From Isurus oxyrinchus (Eukaryota), in assembly GCA_026770705.1 (NCBI GenBank), contig JANJGN010000039.1, positions 1,798,001 to 1,862,000 on the forward strand: a stretch of 64,000 nt of DNA, in the 5' to 3' direction. Below the pieces are notes generated by a model, which was given only the letters and a program-made list of their open reading frames with translations, was not told where the DNA came from and did not search any database. Below are positions 1 to 11,565 of the stretch, in pieces (position 1 is the stretch's first letter; every line of letters starts with the position of its first letter). A program made the position numbers and the translations under genes.

Positions 1-94
1 GTCTCAACACAACTGAAGTGACATGAGGCCAGGGAGGGCCAGCGGGGAGGGCTGGCAATTTGAAGCAGATTCATTCTGTTTCTGAACCCATTTT

Positions 95-522
95 GTACCT
101 ACCCTGGGAGTGTTTGATGGGGACAGTGCAAGGAAGCTCTACTCTATTACGAACCGCGGGATGCACATATCTTCAGAGTTATTGATGTGGATAATGTAGA
201 GTGAGTATTTCTCTTTATCTCACCGCCGTGATGTACCTGACCTGGGATTGTTCGGTGGGGAGAGTGTAGGGACAACTTTACTCTCTATCCAACCCCAGTG
301 CTGTTCCTGTCCTGGGAGTGTTTGATGGGGGCAGTATAGAGGGAGATTTACCCCGAATATAACTCATGTGCTTTAACTGTCCTGGGAATGTTTGATGGGG
401 ACAATGTAGGGGGAGATTTAATCTGCATCTCACCCCGATGCTGCAGCTATCCTGGGATTGTTTGACGGTGACAGTTTGGAGAGATCTTAATTTTGTATCT
501 AGCGTCGTGCTATAACTGTCCT
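95..522 (+). repeat. ~70-bp tandem satellite, about 6 degenerate copies (CCTGGGAGTGTTTGATGGGGACAGTGTAGAGGGAG...)
   Basis: CCTGGGA.TGTT motif recurs at 103, 241, 311, 381 and 451 (70-bp period); resembles a common shark tandem repeat (recalled). Confidence 0.85.
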
Positions 523-1939
523 AATTGTCCACAGACTTAATTTAAATTAAAATTGTCAAACCTCAAGGATGCAATTTGAAGTCAATTTCTCTGGATTAGT
601 AGCCGTTTGACGTACTGATTTTAAATCTCACCCACACACCCAACTTTGTACATAGCCTAGCCCCCAGTAATCTTCATCAATCCCCATTCTCACGAAATTT
701 ACAAGCTGTATTAATGAAGTAATGAGAAGACGGAGTGTTCTCTGCCCAAGCTTGGTCGCATCACTAAGGTTGATTGACCTCCCATTCGGCTGTCCCTCGA
801 TTCGAGAATGATATCTACTCGAGGATGACACTTCCTGCCGTGGGTATTCATATGGATTAACAGGCCGATTCTCGAGCGTGACGTAGAATGATGGACACGC
901 ATTCACCATTTTGACTGATTGGTAGGGAGCTCTAACAGATCATTAACACCAATGTGTTAACGCTTCAAGTGTGAGCCTGGCAGCATTACGTTGATAAATA
1001 TTTCATAGATTATAAATAATTCTGCAAGTTGGTTGATGAATCTGTTGGTTTATAGTGGCATTGTAGTTTGAATTTGCTTCTGCTCAATAAACGTCAGTTT
1101 TATTCGCTAAGTCTGTGTCTGAGAATCAGCCTGATGGTTCTGTCTCTCTTGAGTTAAATCATGTTGAAGGTTCAATGCAGGTACCAGCGATCAGAATGCT
1201 AAGTTAATTGATATCTAATTGATCAAAGCAATTACTGTACAGGCTGTACAATTTTACTGTACAGGGTGAAATTAAACTCCTCCTGCTCCTTTTTCTAATC
1301 TGTTTGTTCAGTGAGCTGACTCTATGGTGCTGGGTAGTTTTTCAGCTCACCCTCCGCCCACACTAAGGGGGGCATTGTCATTTCGGAGGTAGCGTGATGG
1401 AGAGAGGCTCAATCCCGAGCAGATTTGAATCTGCACAACCTGTTTCAGGAACAAGAAAACGTCGGCCTATATATATTTGTGACGTTATTGTGTTTGGCAG
1501 CAACTGTTTACAACAGGGTGGAGATAAGAACTCTCAGAAACCAAACATCCAGGAAGATGTACAAACAGGGACAAATAAACAGAGAGCTGTTTCATAGATG
1601 AGAACAGGAGAAGTTAAACTTTCCCTTAGGCTTGTTCCAAGATTCAGGGCGTCTACAGCACATCTGCATTATTGCAACATTGATCCAGCTGGCACACAGA
1701 ACATTTAATATCCTTATGCAACACAGACCCATCAGTTTATGTATTGACTTTCGCAATTGACACATCAAACATCTTCCTGCGAGCTTGTTTCTTTCCCTGT
1801 GCTTCCTGAAATTAACCCTGAATGGCCCTAATCTAATTTTAAGCTTATGGCCCTACGGAGCAGGCAATTCCATAATCTCAATACATGGCCAACAGGTTTT
1901 TTCTGCATGTTAGAATTGGTGGGCCTTCGTGTGGGGCTT

Positions 1940-3775
1940 CCTCAGTGCTGCCACTCAAACAGCGCGGCACGCCCCCTGTACTGACTTACTGACTGTGCGA
2001 TACTTCCTCAAATTAGATACTCCGAGATTGCGGCGCTCCCTCAGCACTGACTATCCAGCAGTGTGGAGCTCCTTCAGTGCTGTTCCTCGGACAGTGTGGG
2101 ACTCCCTCAGTACTGAATCTCTGAAAGTGTAGTATGCCCTGAATACTGACCCTCGGCCAGGGCGACACTCCCTCAGTAATGACCTTCCGCCAGGGAGGAA
2201 ATTCATCAGCACTGAGCCTCTGACAGTGCAGCACGCTCTCACCACCGACTATCTGACAGTGTGGCACTTCCTCAGCACATCCCATCTGACAGTAAAGCAC
2301 ATCGTCAGTGCTGAACCTCTGGCTCTGCGGCACTCCATCTGCACTGGCCCTCTGACAGTGCGCCGCTACCTTGGAACCGACCCACCAACTGTGCGACGCT
2401 CGCTCATTACTGATCCTCTGACAGTGCCTCTCTTCCTCAGTACTGACCCTCCACCACGGTGGTACTCCTGCGGCACCTACCCTGCAAAAGTGCAGTGATC
2501 CTCCAGTACTGTCCCTCCGATAGTTTGTGGCAGCCAAGTGCTGACTCTCTGAAAGTGTGGCACTCCCTCAGACCTGAACCACCGACAAAGCGAAATTTCC
2601 GCATTACTGACCATCAGAATGCAAGGTGTTTCCACAGTGCAGCTCTCCCTCTGAACTTACGCTCCAACAGAGAGGTACTCCCTTAGTAGCGGCTCTCTGA
2701 CAAGGAAACAGACCCTCACTACTGACCAGCCGACAGTGCATAACTCCCTCAGTAATGATCTTCTGACAGTACGGCACTCTCTCAGCACTGACCCTATGAC
2801 AGGGCAGGACACCCTTAGTCCTGAACCTCTAGCTGTCAGTCACCCCCTGAATACTGACACATTGAAGGTGCGGCCGGCCCTCAGTGATAACCCTCTGATA
2901 ATGTGGCACCTCTTCTGTACTGAACCACTGACCCCATGGCACTCCTTCAGTACTGACTCTCCGACACTGCAACAATCCCTCAGAACAGACCTAATGGCAG
3001 TGTGGCACTCCCTTATTACTGACCCTGCAACAGTGCTTTGCTTCTCGAAAGCAGAACCTGCGACATGAGGGGCTTCCTCTGTACTGACCATCCGACAGTG
3101 CAGCTGTCCCTCAGTACAGACCTTCAGAAAGTGCAGCACTACCCAAGCACTGACCATGCGACAAAGGGGTGCATCCAGAGAACTGACCCTTGGACAGTGC
3201 AACATTCCATCAGTTGTGACCCTCCGACAGCCCGGCTCCCCTTCAGGAATGACCCACCGACAGTGCTGCAGCAAACTCTTAGTACTAACCCTCCAATTCT
3301 ATGGCAGAACCTCATTATGCACCCTCCGGCAGTGCAGCACGCCCTCAACACTCACCATCCAATAGTGAGATTCGCCTTCAACAATAATCCTCCAACAATG
3401 CGGCATTCCCACAGTAGTGCCCCTCTGTCAGTGCGGCAAATCTTCAGTACTGACCCTGAGACAGCTCGACGCTCCCTCCATACTGACCGTCTGACAGCGG
3501 GAAACATCCTCAGTACTGACCCCCAGCCAGCTAGGCGCTCCATCTGCACTGTCCATCTGAGAGTGCGGGGCTCCCTCACTGCTGTCCCTCCAACAGTTCC
3601 GTAATCCCTCAGTACTGACCCTCTGACAGTCCAGCGCTGCATCATTGCTGACCCACTGACAGTACGGTGCTTCCTCAGCACTGACCATCCAACAGTGTTG
3701 CGTGACCTCAATACTGTCTCTTCGACAGTGTGGGGTACACGCAGTACTCAAATTCTGAAAGTGCAGTCCTCCCTC
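1940..3775 (+). repeat. 33-bp minisatellite, ~55 copies (CACTCCCTCAGTACTGACCCTCTGACAGTGCGG)
   Basis: Unit starts at 2101, 2134 and 2167 (period 33); explains the 11-aa periodic ORFs (HSLSTDPLTVR). Confidence 0.92.
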
Positions 3776-3934
3776 CGATTGTTGAAGGGATATAATTTTG
3801 TGGTAAGTATCTAGGAAATCACTATTTGGTGAGAGCCCATTCACACCAGCAGCCAGATTTCCGAGCTGTTGATCATGCTGTTTTCAAAATATGAACAGAA
3901 TAAACAGTTCAAACGTCTCAACATTCATAACTCA

Positions 3935-4200
3935 TACAGAGATGAGGAGAAGCATTTTCTCTCAGAGCGTGTGCATCTTTGGAACTGTCTTCCACAGAAT
4001 GTTATGGGAACAGAGCCTTGGAATATATTTAAGGCCAAGTGATATAGAATCTCAATTAACAATGGTGTGAAAGTTTATCGGGGTGCTGCGGGCATGTGGG
4101 GCTGAGGATAATTTCAGATCAGATGTAATCTTATTGAATGGCGCAGGAAGATCATGGGGTCTAGGGGCCAACTGCTGCTCCTAATCCATCTGTTCATAGG
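3935..4200 (+). mobile_element. CR1 LINE 3' end fragment
   Basis: GAGATGAGGAGAA..TTCTCTCAGAG..TTTGGAACT..ATCTTATTGAATGGCG..CTGCTCCTAAT, a typical CR1 ORF2 end and 3' UTR. Confidence 0.75.
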
Positions 4201-4204
4201 TATA

Positions 4205-4800
4205 GGTATTAATCAATTCCAGCAATATATTTTAATTAATATGTTTAATTATTATTAAGCAACAAAATAATTTGCGTTAATACATCCAATTGTTAACTTA
4301 ATCATTAGCATATTATGTATTATTGGTCCAAATATTCATTAATTTAAACATGTATTATCAAATAATACACCCAATAATTAATTAATTCCAAGAGCATATT
4401 ATGGATTGTCAGCCTTTTTATTACTTTACATTATGAATTGAAAAGGCTAAATCATAATTATAATTTTAACATCTAATTATCAATGAATTTCTAGAAATAT
4501 ATTATACATTATTGGACTAATTATTAATCAAATTCAACAATATATTGTACAAAAAGTCCAATTATTAAATAATCTTATTCCACATCTAGTATATCTAATA
4601 ATGATTTAATATCAATGCTTTATGATTTGCACTTCTTGTTTACAGTTAAAATGTCCACCTTTAAGTTGTGTTATTATAACGTAATCTCAAATGTTTATCA
4701 ATAGCACAAATAATTAATTACTCTTAGTCTGTTATTAACATTGCATTAATTATTTTCATTTATTTTCATTGATACAATTAATTATTATTTAGATTAATAA
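4205..4800. repeat. AT-rich low-complexity tract
   Basis: Dense TAAT/ATTA/TATT words over ~600 bp. Confidence 0.8.
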
Positions 4801-5200
4801 CCTGTCAGAGAGTGCACACTGTTGGAGAGTATATATTTGGGGAGTGCCACACTGTCAGAGTATTATTACTGAAGGAGTGACGTTCTGATTCAGGGTCAGT
4901 ACTGAAAAAAGTGTCACACTGTCGGAAGATTGGGACTGAGAGAGAGCTGCACTGTCAGATGGTCAGTGCTGAGGGATCGCTGCATTGCTGGAGTGTCACT
5001 ACGGAGGGAGCGCTGCACTATCATAATGTCAGTATGGAGGGAGAGCCGCACTGTCGGTGAGTCAGGACGGAGGGAGCACTGCACTATCAGAGGGTAAGTT
5101 CTGAGGGAGTGCCGCACATTTGGAGAGTCAGTTCTGAGGGAATGCCGCACTGTTGGAGGGTAAGTGCTGAGGGTGTGTTGCACTGTCGGAGGGTCAGGAC
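4800..5200 (-). repeat. 33-bp minisatellite in reverse orientation, ~12 copies
   Basis: CAGTACTGAGGGAGTGCCGCACTGTCGGAGGGT units are the reverse complement of the 1940-3775 array. Confidence 0.9.
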
Positions 5201-5832
5201 GTTTGTCATGCTTGCCTTCATTGACAGGTGCATTGAGTTTTAAAGCTGCGAAGTCATGCTGCAGATGTTTCGAAACTTGGTTAGGCCACACGTGGAATAT
5301 TGCGTGCAATTCCGATCGCCACCTTACCAAAAGTATATGGAAGCATTGGAGAGGGTGGAGAGGAGGTTTACCAGGATGCTGCCTGGGCTGAGGGTTATTA
5401 GCATTGAGAGGAATTTGGAGAAACTCGGTTTGTTCTCATCAGAGTGACGTAAATTGAGGGGCAAATTGATATATGTTTAAAAAATTATGAGTGGCATCGA
5501 AAAAATAGGTAGAAGCTTTTTCCCAGCTTGGAAGAGTCAATTACTAGGGGACATAGATTTAAGGTGAGAGTACAAAACTATAGAGGAGATGTGCAAGTTT
5601 TTTTACGCAGGTGGTAGTGAGTGTTTAGAATTCACTGCGAGTGGAGCTGGTGGAAGCTGGTAAGATAGTCGTGTTTAAAATGCAGCTTGACAAACACATG
5701 AATAGGATGGGAATAGAGGGATATGGACACCGGAAGTGCAAAATGGTGTAGTTCACAGGCATCATGATTGGCGCGGGCTTGGAGGGTCGAAGGGCCTGTT
5801 CCTGTGCTGTAGTTTCCTCTGTGATTGTTCTT
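5200..5832 (+). mobile_element. CR1 LINE 3' fragment (ORF2 C-terminus plus 3' UTR)
   Basis: ORF 5256-5447 LVRPHVEYCVQFRSP..LERVERRFTRMLPGL is canonical CR1 ORF2 C-terminus; tail GGGTCGAAGGGCCTGTTCCTGTGCTGT. Confidence 0.9.
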
Positions 5833-5837
5833 GGTTC

Positions 5838-8800
5838 CATAGACTGGGGCTTTTATTATAGTATTAGCTTTCATAGACTGTCAGCATGTTGACAGAGCCA
5901 CGGGCCAATAACTATAATAAAAGAACGCTTAGACTGTTAGCTTGTTGACATCGCCGGGGCACTGTCACTCTAGTATTGGAGAGCATAGACTGTCACATGT
6001 TGACTGGGCTGGGGGCCTGTAACTATAGCAATAGAGTGCATAGACTGTCAGCATGTTGACTGGGCCGTGGGCATGTCACTATAGGAATAGATTGCATACA
6101 GTTTCAGCATGTTGACTTAGCCGGGTCTCTGTTACTATAGTATTAGGTAGCATAGACTGTCAGCATGTTGACATCGCCGGGGCTCTGTCACTAAAGCATT
6201 AGAGAGCATAGACTATCAGCAAGTTGAAATAGCCGGGGCACTGACACTAAGTTAATAGAGAGCATAGACTGCCAGCACATTGACTGGGCTGGCGGCCTGT
6301 AACTATAGCAATAGAGTGCATAGACTGTCAGCATGTTGTCAGAGCCGGGGGTCTATCACTATAGAAGTAGAGTGCATAGATTGTCAGCAGGTCGATAGAG
6401 CCGGGGGTCTGTCCCTAAAGCAAAAAAGTGCATAGACTGTCAGCATTTTGACATAGCCGGGGCTCTGTTACTGTAATAATAGAGAGCATAGACTGGTACC
6501 TTGTTGACAGAGCCAGGGGTCTGTCACTATAGTATTAGAGTGCTTAGACTGCCCGTATAATGACAGAGCCTGGTGTCTGTCACTATCTTATTCGAGTGCC
6601 TATACTGTCCAAATGTTGACAGAGCCATGGGACTGTCAGTATATTAGTAGGGTACATTGACGGTCAGAATTTTGACTGTGCCGGGTGGCTGTCAATATAT
6701 TAATAGAGTCCATAGATGATCAGCTGGTTGAGAATGCCGGAGTCTGTGAATATACTAATAGAGTGCACAGGCCATCACCATGTTGATAAAGCAGGGGGGC
6801 TGTCACTATCGTCATAGAGCAAATAGACTGTCAGCATGTTGAGAAAGCTCGGGGGCGGGGGGTGGCTGTCACTATAGTAACAGAATTCATAGACTGTCAG
6901 TATGTTGACAGAGTCAGGGACCTGTCACTATAGCAACTGATTGCATAGACTGGCATCATGTTGACAGAGCAGGGGGTCCATCACTACAGTAACAGCGTGC
7001 AGACACTGTCAGTATGTTGACAGAGCAGTGTCTGCAGCTCTAGCATTAGAGTGCATTGACTGTTAGCACGTTGACAGAGCCGGGAAGCTGTCACTAATGT
7101 AATAGACGGTATAGACTGTCAGAATGTTGTCAAAGCCGTGGATATGTTACAAGGGTAATAGATTGTATAGACTGTCAGCATGTAGAGAGAGCCGGGCTGC
7201 TTTCACAACAGTAATACAGTGCATTGCTTGTCAGCATGTTGACAGAGCCGGGGGCTGTCAGTATAGTAATTGAGTGCATGCATTGTAATTATGATGACAG
7301 AGCCGGGGGGCTGTCACTATAGTAATAGAGTGCATAGGGTGTCAGCATGTTGAAATAGACCGTGTGCTGTTACTCTAGTATGAGAGAGCGTAGAGTGTCA
7401 GTAATCCAAAAGAGCCCTGAGACTGTCACTATAAGAATAAAATGCAGAGAATGTCAGAATGTTGACAGAGGCGGGGGTCTGTCAGTATCTTATTAGAGTG
7501 CCTATACTGCCCGTATGTTGACAGAGCCATGGGGCTGCCACTATAGTAATAGTGTTCATAGTCTGTCAGTATGTTGGCATAGCCGTGGGCTGTCACTATA
7601 GTAATAGAGGGTATAGACTCTCAGAATGCTGACAAAGCCGGGGGGCTGTCACTATAGTAATATAGTGCATAGAATGCCAGCACGTTGACAGAGCCGTTCG
7701 GCTGCCAATTTATTATTCTAGTGCATAGACTGTCAGCTTGCTTACAGAGCCAGGGTACTTTCACTATTAGTAATACAGTGCATAGACTTTCAGTTATTTG
7801 ACAGAGCCGGGGGGGTGGGGGGTGGGGGGGGGCTGTCTGTATATTATTAGAGTACTTAGACTGTCAGCATGTTGACTGAATCGGGTCCTATCACTATTCT
7901 AATAGGGCGGGGGATTGTCAGTATGTTTGCAAAGCCTAGAGCATTTCATTATAGTATTAGTATGCATAGACTGTCAATTGATTTACAGAGCCGAAGGCCT
8001 GCCACTATATGAATACAGTCGTATTCTGCCTGCTTGTTTACAGAGTAGGCGACCTATGACTAAAGGAACATTATACTATTCAATCAGTATGTTTACAAAA
8101 GGGTCTGTCACTAGTAATAGACTGGAGAGATTCTCGGTATGTTTACAGACCCGGGGACAAGTCAGTGTATGAATAGATTGTTTAGACTGTCAGCATGCTT
8201 GAAGAGCTGGGGCCAGCCAGTACAGTAATAGATAATCTAGACTGTCAGTGTTTTATAGAACCAGGGTCCTGTCACCAAAGAAACAGAGTGGGGAGACTGT
8301 CAGGATATTTACAGAGCCAGGGGCCTGTAACTAGATTTTGGAGCTGTCAGTATATGTACCGTTCGGCAGCCGGTCACAACAGAAATATAGTGGAGATTCT
8401 GTCAGCAACATTACACACACTGTTTTATCACTATAGTATTAGAATGGGGAGACTGTCAGTACGTTTACAGAGGCCGGGACTCTGCCTCTATTGTAATAGC
8501 GTGGAAAATCTGTCAGCATCATTACGGAGCCGGAGGCCTGTAACTCTAATGCTAGACTGGCTAGGCTGTCATATTTGCAGAGCTAGTTGTTCTATCTCTA
8601 TAGTAATAGTTTGGGTAGACTGTCAGGGTGTTGACAGAGCAGGAGGTTCTGTCATTAAATTAATAGAGTGGGTAGACTGTCATTATTATTAAAGAGCCAG
8701 GGGCCTGCCACCATAGCAACTGATCGTGCAGGCTGTCAGCATGTTTACAGAGCGGGGGCTCCAATCAATATTCTAATAGAATGCGTCGACTTCAAGAGTA

Positions 8801-9920
8801 TGATAGAGCTGGGGGCCTGTCACAACAGTCACATAATGGCATAGGCTGTCAGTATCATTACCCGAGTTGCGGGTTTTGTCTTTATAGCAATTGGTTCGGT
8901 AGAATGTAGAATGCTTACAGAGCCCGGGTCCTGTCACTATCGTAACAGTGCAGTATCGTAGTGTGCAGTCTGTCTCTACATATTAAAGGCTGGGCGCCTG
9001 CCACTATTGTAATATCGTGGGGAGACTGTCAATTTGTTAACAGAGCTGGGGGCCTGTTACTGTAGTAATGGAGCGGGGAAAATGGAAGTTTGTTGACATA
9101 GATGCGGCCTGTCACTCGGGTAGGACGAGTAATCCACAGACACAAAATAATTCTCTGGGGACTCGGGTGTGTTGCTAAATTCAGTAAAAATCGTCAATCA
9201 AAAAAATAAGAATAATTAAATTCTCTAATGATGAACATCAAACCAATGCCAAGTGTTGTAAAAACTCATCTGGTTTGCAAATGCCCTTTAAATAAGAGAC
9301 TGCTTTTCTTTCTTGGTCTGACCTACATGTGACTCCAGGCCAACAGAAATGTGGCTGACTCATAAATACCATCTGTACATGGAAATTATGGTTGGGTAAT
9401 AAATGGTGGCCCAGCCAGGAACGCTTACATCCCATGAACGACTTTTTTAAAATGTAGCAGAGGGGAATTGTCAAAATATTCACAGTGCCTGAGACCTCAC
9501 TCTGTATGCATAAATTGTTTAGACTGTCAGTAACGTACAGGGCCAGGGGCCTGTCCATGTAGCAATTAAATGGGCAGACTATCAGTTTTTTACAGAACCA
9601 ATGGCCTTTCAATATTATAATTGAGTGGGTGGACTGTCAGTCCTTTACAGGGCCAAGCGTCTGTCACCGCAGTGATTGCCTGGGTAAGTTGTCGTTGTTT
9701 AACAGGGCAAGTCGTCTGCCCCTATAGTAATTGAGTGCGTAGATTGTCAGTATTTTACAGGGCCAGGGGTCTATCAATATAGGAATTGAGTGGGTAGACT
9801 GTCAGGATTTTAGAGGACAGAGGCCTGTCACTGTAGAAATTGAGTGGGTACACTTTAAGTATTTTACAGGTCCAGATACCTGTCACTGTAGTAACTGAGT
9901 GGATAGGCTGTCATTATTTT
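5838..9920 (+). repeat. ~55-bp tandem array, ~65 copies (TAGACTGTCAGCATGTTGACAGAGCCGGGGGCTGTCACTATAGTAATAGAGTGCA), interrupted by a SINE
   Basis: Unit visible repeatedly; homogeneous at 5840-7900, more diverged at 7900-9110, variant subtype at 9460-9920. Confidence 0.92.
9110..9452 (+). mobile_element. tRNA-derived SINE (shark type) inserted in the 55-bp array
   Basis: GTAATCCA..CTCTGGGGAC head, TGGTCTGACCTACATGTGACTCCAG core, GGGTAATAAATGGTGGCC..CATCCCATGAACGA tail; the same tail occurs on the LINE at 34150 (minus). Confidence 0.75.
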
Positions 9921-9964
9921 AAGTTGGGAATTGCTAGGAAATGCTGAACCGGCTCTTGAATTAA

Positions 9965-10100
9965 GTGGGCGGAGTCGGCAGGGCGTGGAATTGGTGGTTT
10001 CAACGTGATGACGCAGATTGAAGTGCGAAAGCAGCTTATTTAACCCTTATGTGCAAGAACGTGAGTTTGGAACCATTGTCAATGGAGCTGTAGGTGAGTG
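9965..10100 (+). promoter_or_regulatory. Possible promoter and short first exon (GC boxes, CRE-like site, AT box, AG|GTGAGT donor)
   Basis: GGGCGGAG ~9967, GGGCGTGG ~9981, TGACGCA ~10009, TTATTTAA ~10036, TAG|GTGAGT ~10093; motif-only support. Confidence 0.3.
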
Positions 10101-10769
10101 TTTGGTTATTCACTATTTGTTACTCTCTGGAGCAGTGTATATGTGTTGTACTTTATTTCTGTCGGTCATTTCCTGATATTGTTAACAAAATTGACCGCTT
10201 TGTGAAGCTGCCGTTTGCAGAGTATTTGTGCAAGGATTTTTTTCTATCAGTCAGTTTCTGTTACTGTAAACACGTATGGGTTTCATTCGCTATCTGGCAT
10301 TCTCTGCCACTGTAAGCGAGAGCCGCATTCATTCCACATTTGTCACTATCTTAGTGCAGTAAGCGAGTGTCAAAGCTATTCTTCTCAGTTCCGGGAGCAA
10401 TGTGTAGTTTTTGTGTAATTGTCAACGTGTGATTAGATCTTTATCATTCTGTACAACTGGATATGGGTATGGGGCGTCAGTCTGATTCTGAACGTCTGTG
10501 GTTTGGTGTGCGAGCCTCGCTTTCAGTCTGCAGCAATTGTTCCGTGGAACCGTGCGTGATATTGATAGTGGTTTCAGTAAGATAGTATGTGTATATCAGA
10601 CTCGTTTTGTATATTTCATTGTGTTTTCGATTTTCATTCTGTGCCTGGTGTTTGATAGTCATTATAGATCTCTCTGATGTACCCTAGTTCTGCAATATTA
10701 TTATGTCACAGTGGGATTTTATGTATCTTTCACTCCCGGGTGTTGTGTGAATCCTTGAGTTTCAATTAA

Positions 10770-11215
10770 TACATGTCAGTGGAAGATTTACATGTTCGGG
10801 ATTAATTCTGTACGTGTCAACAATAGTCATGAGAATGATAAACAAATTATGTATCCAACCATCAAGCACCTGTGGCCTGGGATTTAGCGATGGCCAGAAG
10901 ACGAAGTTGGTTGTGGTATCGGCAAAAACCTTTTCCTAAGCAGTGGTGCTGCCGTCCAGGAGCTGCCAGTAACTGTTGGGCCGGCAGCTCTCGGTGGGCT
11001 GGGTTTCCATCGCTGAAATCCCTGAACACGGGGAACCCCCGATATTATCAATTTAAGTGCCTGAGTGGCCGATATTTCAGCGGGACTTCACTCAAGGAGC
11101 TGACACAGGGCTCACACCTGCTCTCCGGGTAACGGCTCAGACCTCCATCGTCTCCATTAACTACAGCCCAGTGTATTGGAAAGGGGGTCAGCAGCACAGG
11201 TAGCTGGGTAAGGGG
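10770..11215 (+). pseudogene. Possible highly decayed Ig-superfamily V(J)-C1 segment
   Basis: Ordered motifs across several frames: GRF, SVRVNN..D, GLGFSDGQKTKLVV, VVLPS..EL, AALGGLGFH, PDIINLS, GNGS..SIVS, W-K-G; canonical cysteines are absent and several frameshifts are needed. Confidence 0.3.
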
Positions 11216-11369
11216 CCTGAAGATCAGGACAGGGTGCACAGAATGTGCAAGTTGTCGAAAGATGCACTTAAGGGCTACGAAACATATCCAAGGGATGAGT
11301 AAGAGATTTTGGGGAAGTCGCTGTTTGGAAGGAGGTGTCTCAGGAGATGTGGAATAAGTTCAGCGAGGG

Positions 11370-11565
11370 GGGTGGTGCATTCCATGGGCAGGCGCGGTTA
11401 CAGTAGGGGGAATTATTCCGTGGGTTGGGAGGAGGGAGCAGGGGAGGGGAAGAGTTTCAGTGGGTGGGGAGGCCGGGTTTAGGGAGGGAGAGGTTTTAAT
11501 TGAATCGGGAGGCCGGAGCAGGGGAGGGGAGGAGTTTCAATGGCTAAGGAAATGGATGGGGGTGA
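11370..11565 (+). repeat. G-rich short tandem repeat (GGAGCAGGGGAGGGGA..GAGTTTCA.TGG)
   Basis: Near-identical units at ~11435 and ~11515 plus degenerate copies. Confidence 0.55.

Noticed and set aside
628-909. 93-aa ORF
   Set aside because: No recognisable domain or splice structure; origin unresolved.
1929-5330. Many 60-190 aa ORFs on both strands
   Set aside because: They are translations of the 33-bp satellite (11-aa periodicity in all frames).
5838-9920. CRISPR-like array with palindromic repeats
   Set aside because: Whole units repeat with no unique spacers, no cas genes are present, and the context is vertebrate.
10094-10315. KIDRFV as a fifth GPCR remnant
   Set aside because: Flanking residues do not align with TM2/TM3 of the family.
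10872-11132. WYRQKP read as an intact Ig V exon
   Set aside because: No B- or F-strand cysteines at V spacing in that frame and no RSS seen; any Ig-like signal lies in other frames.
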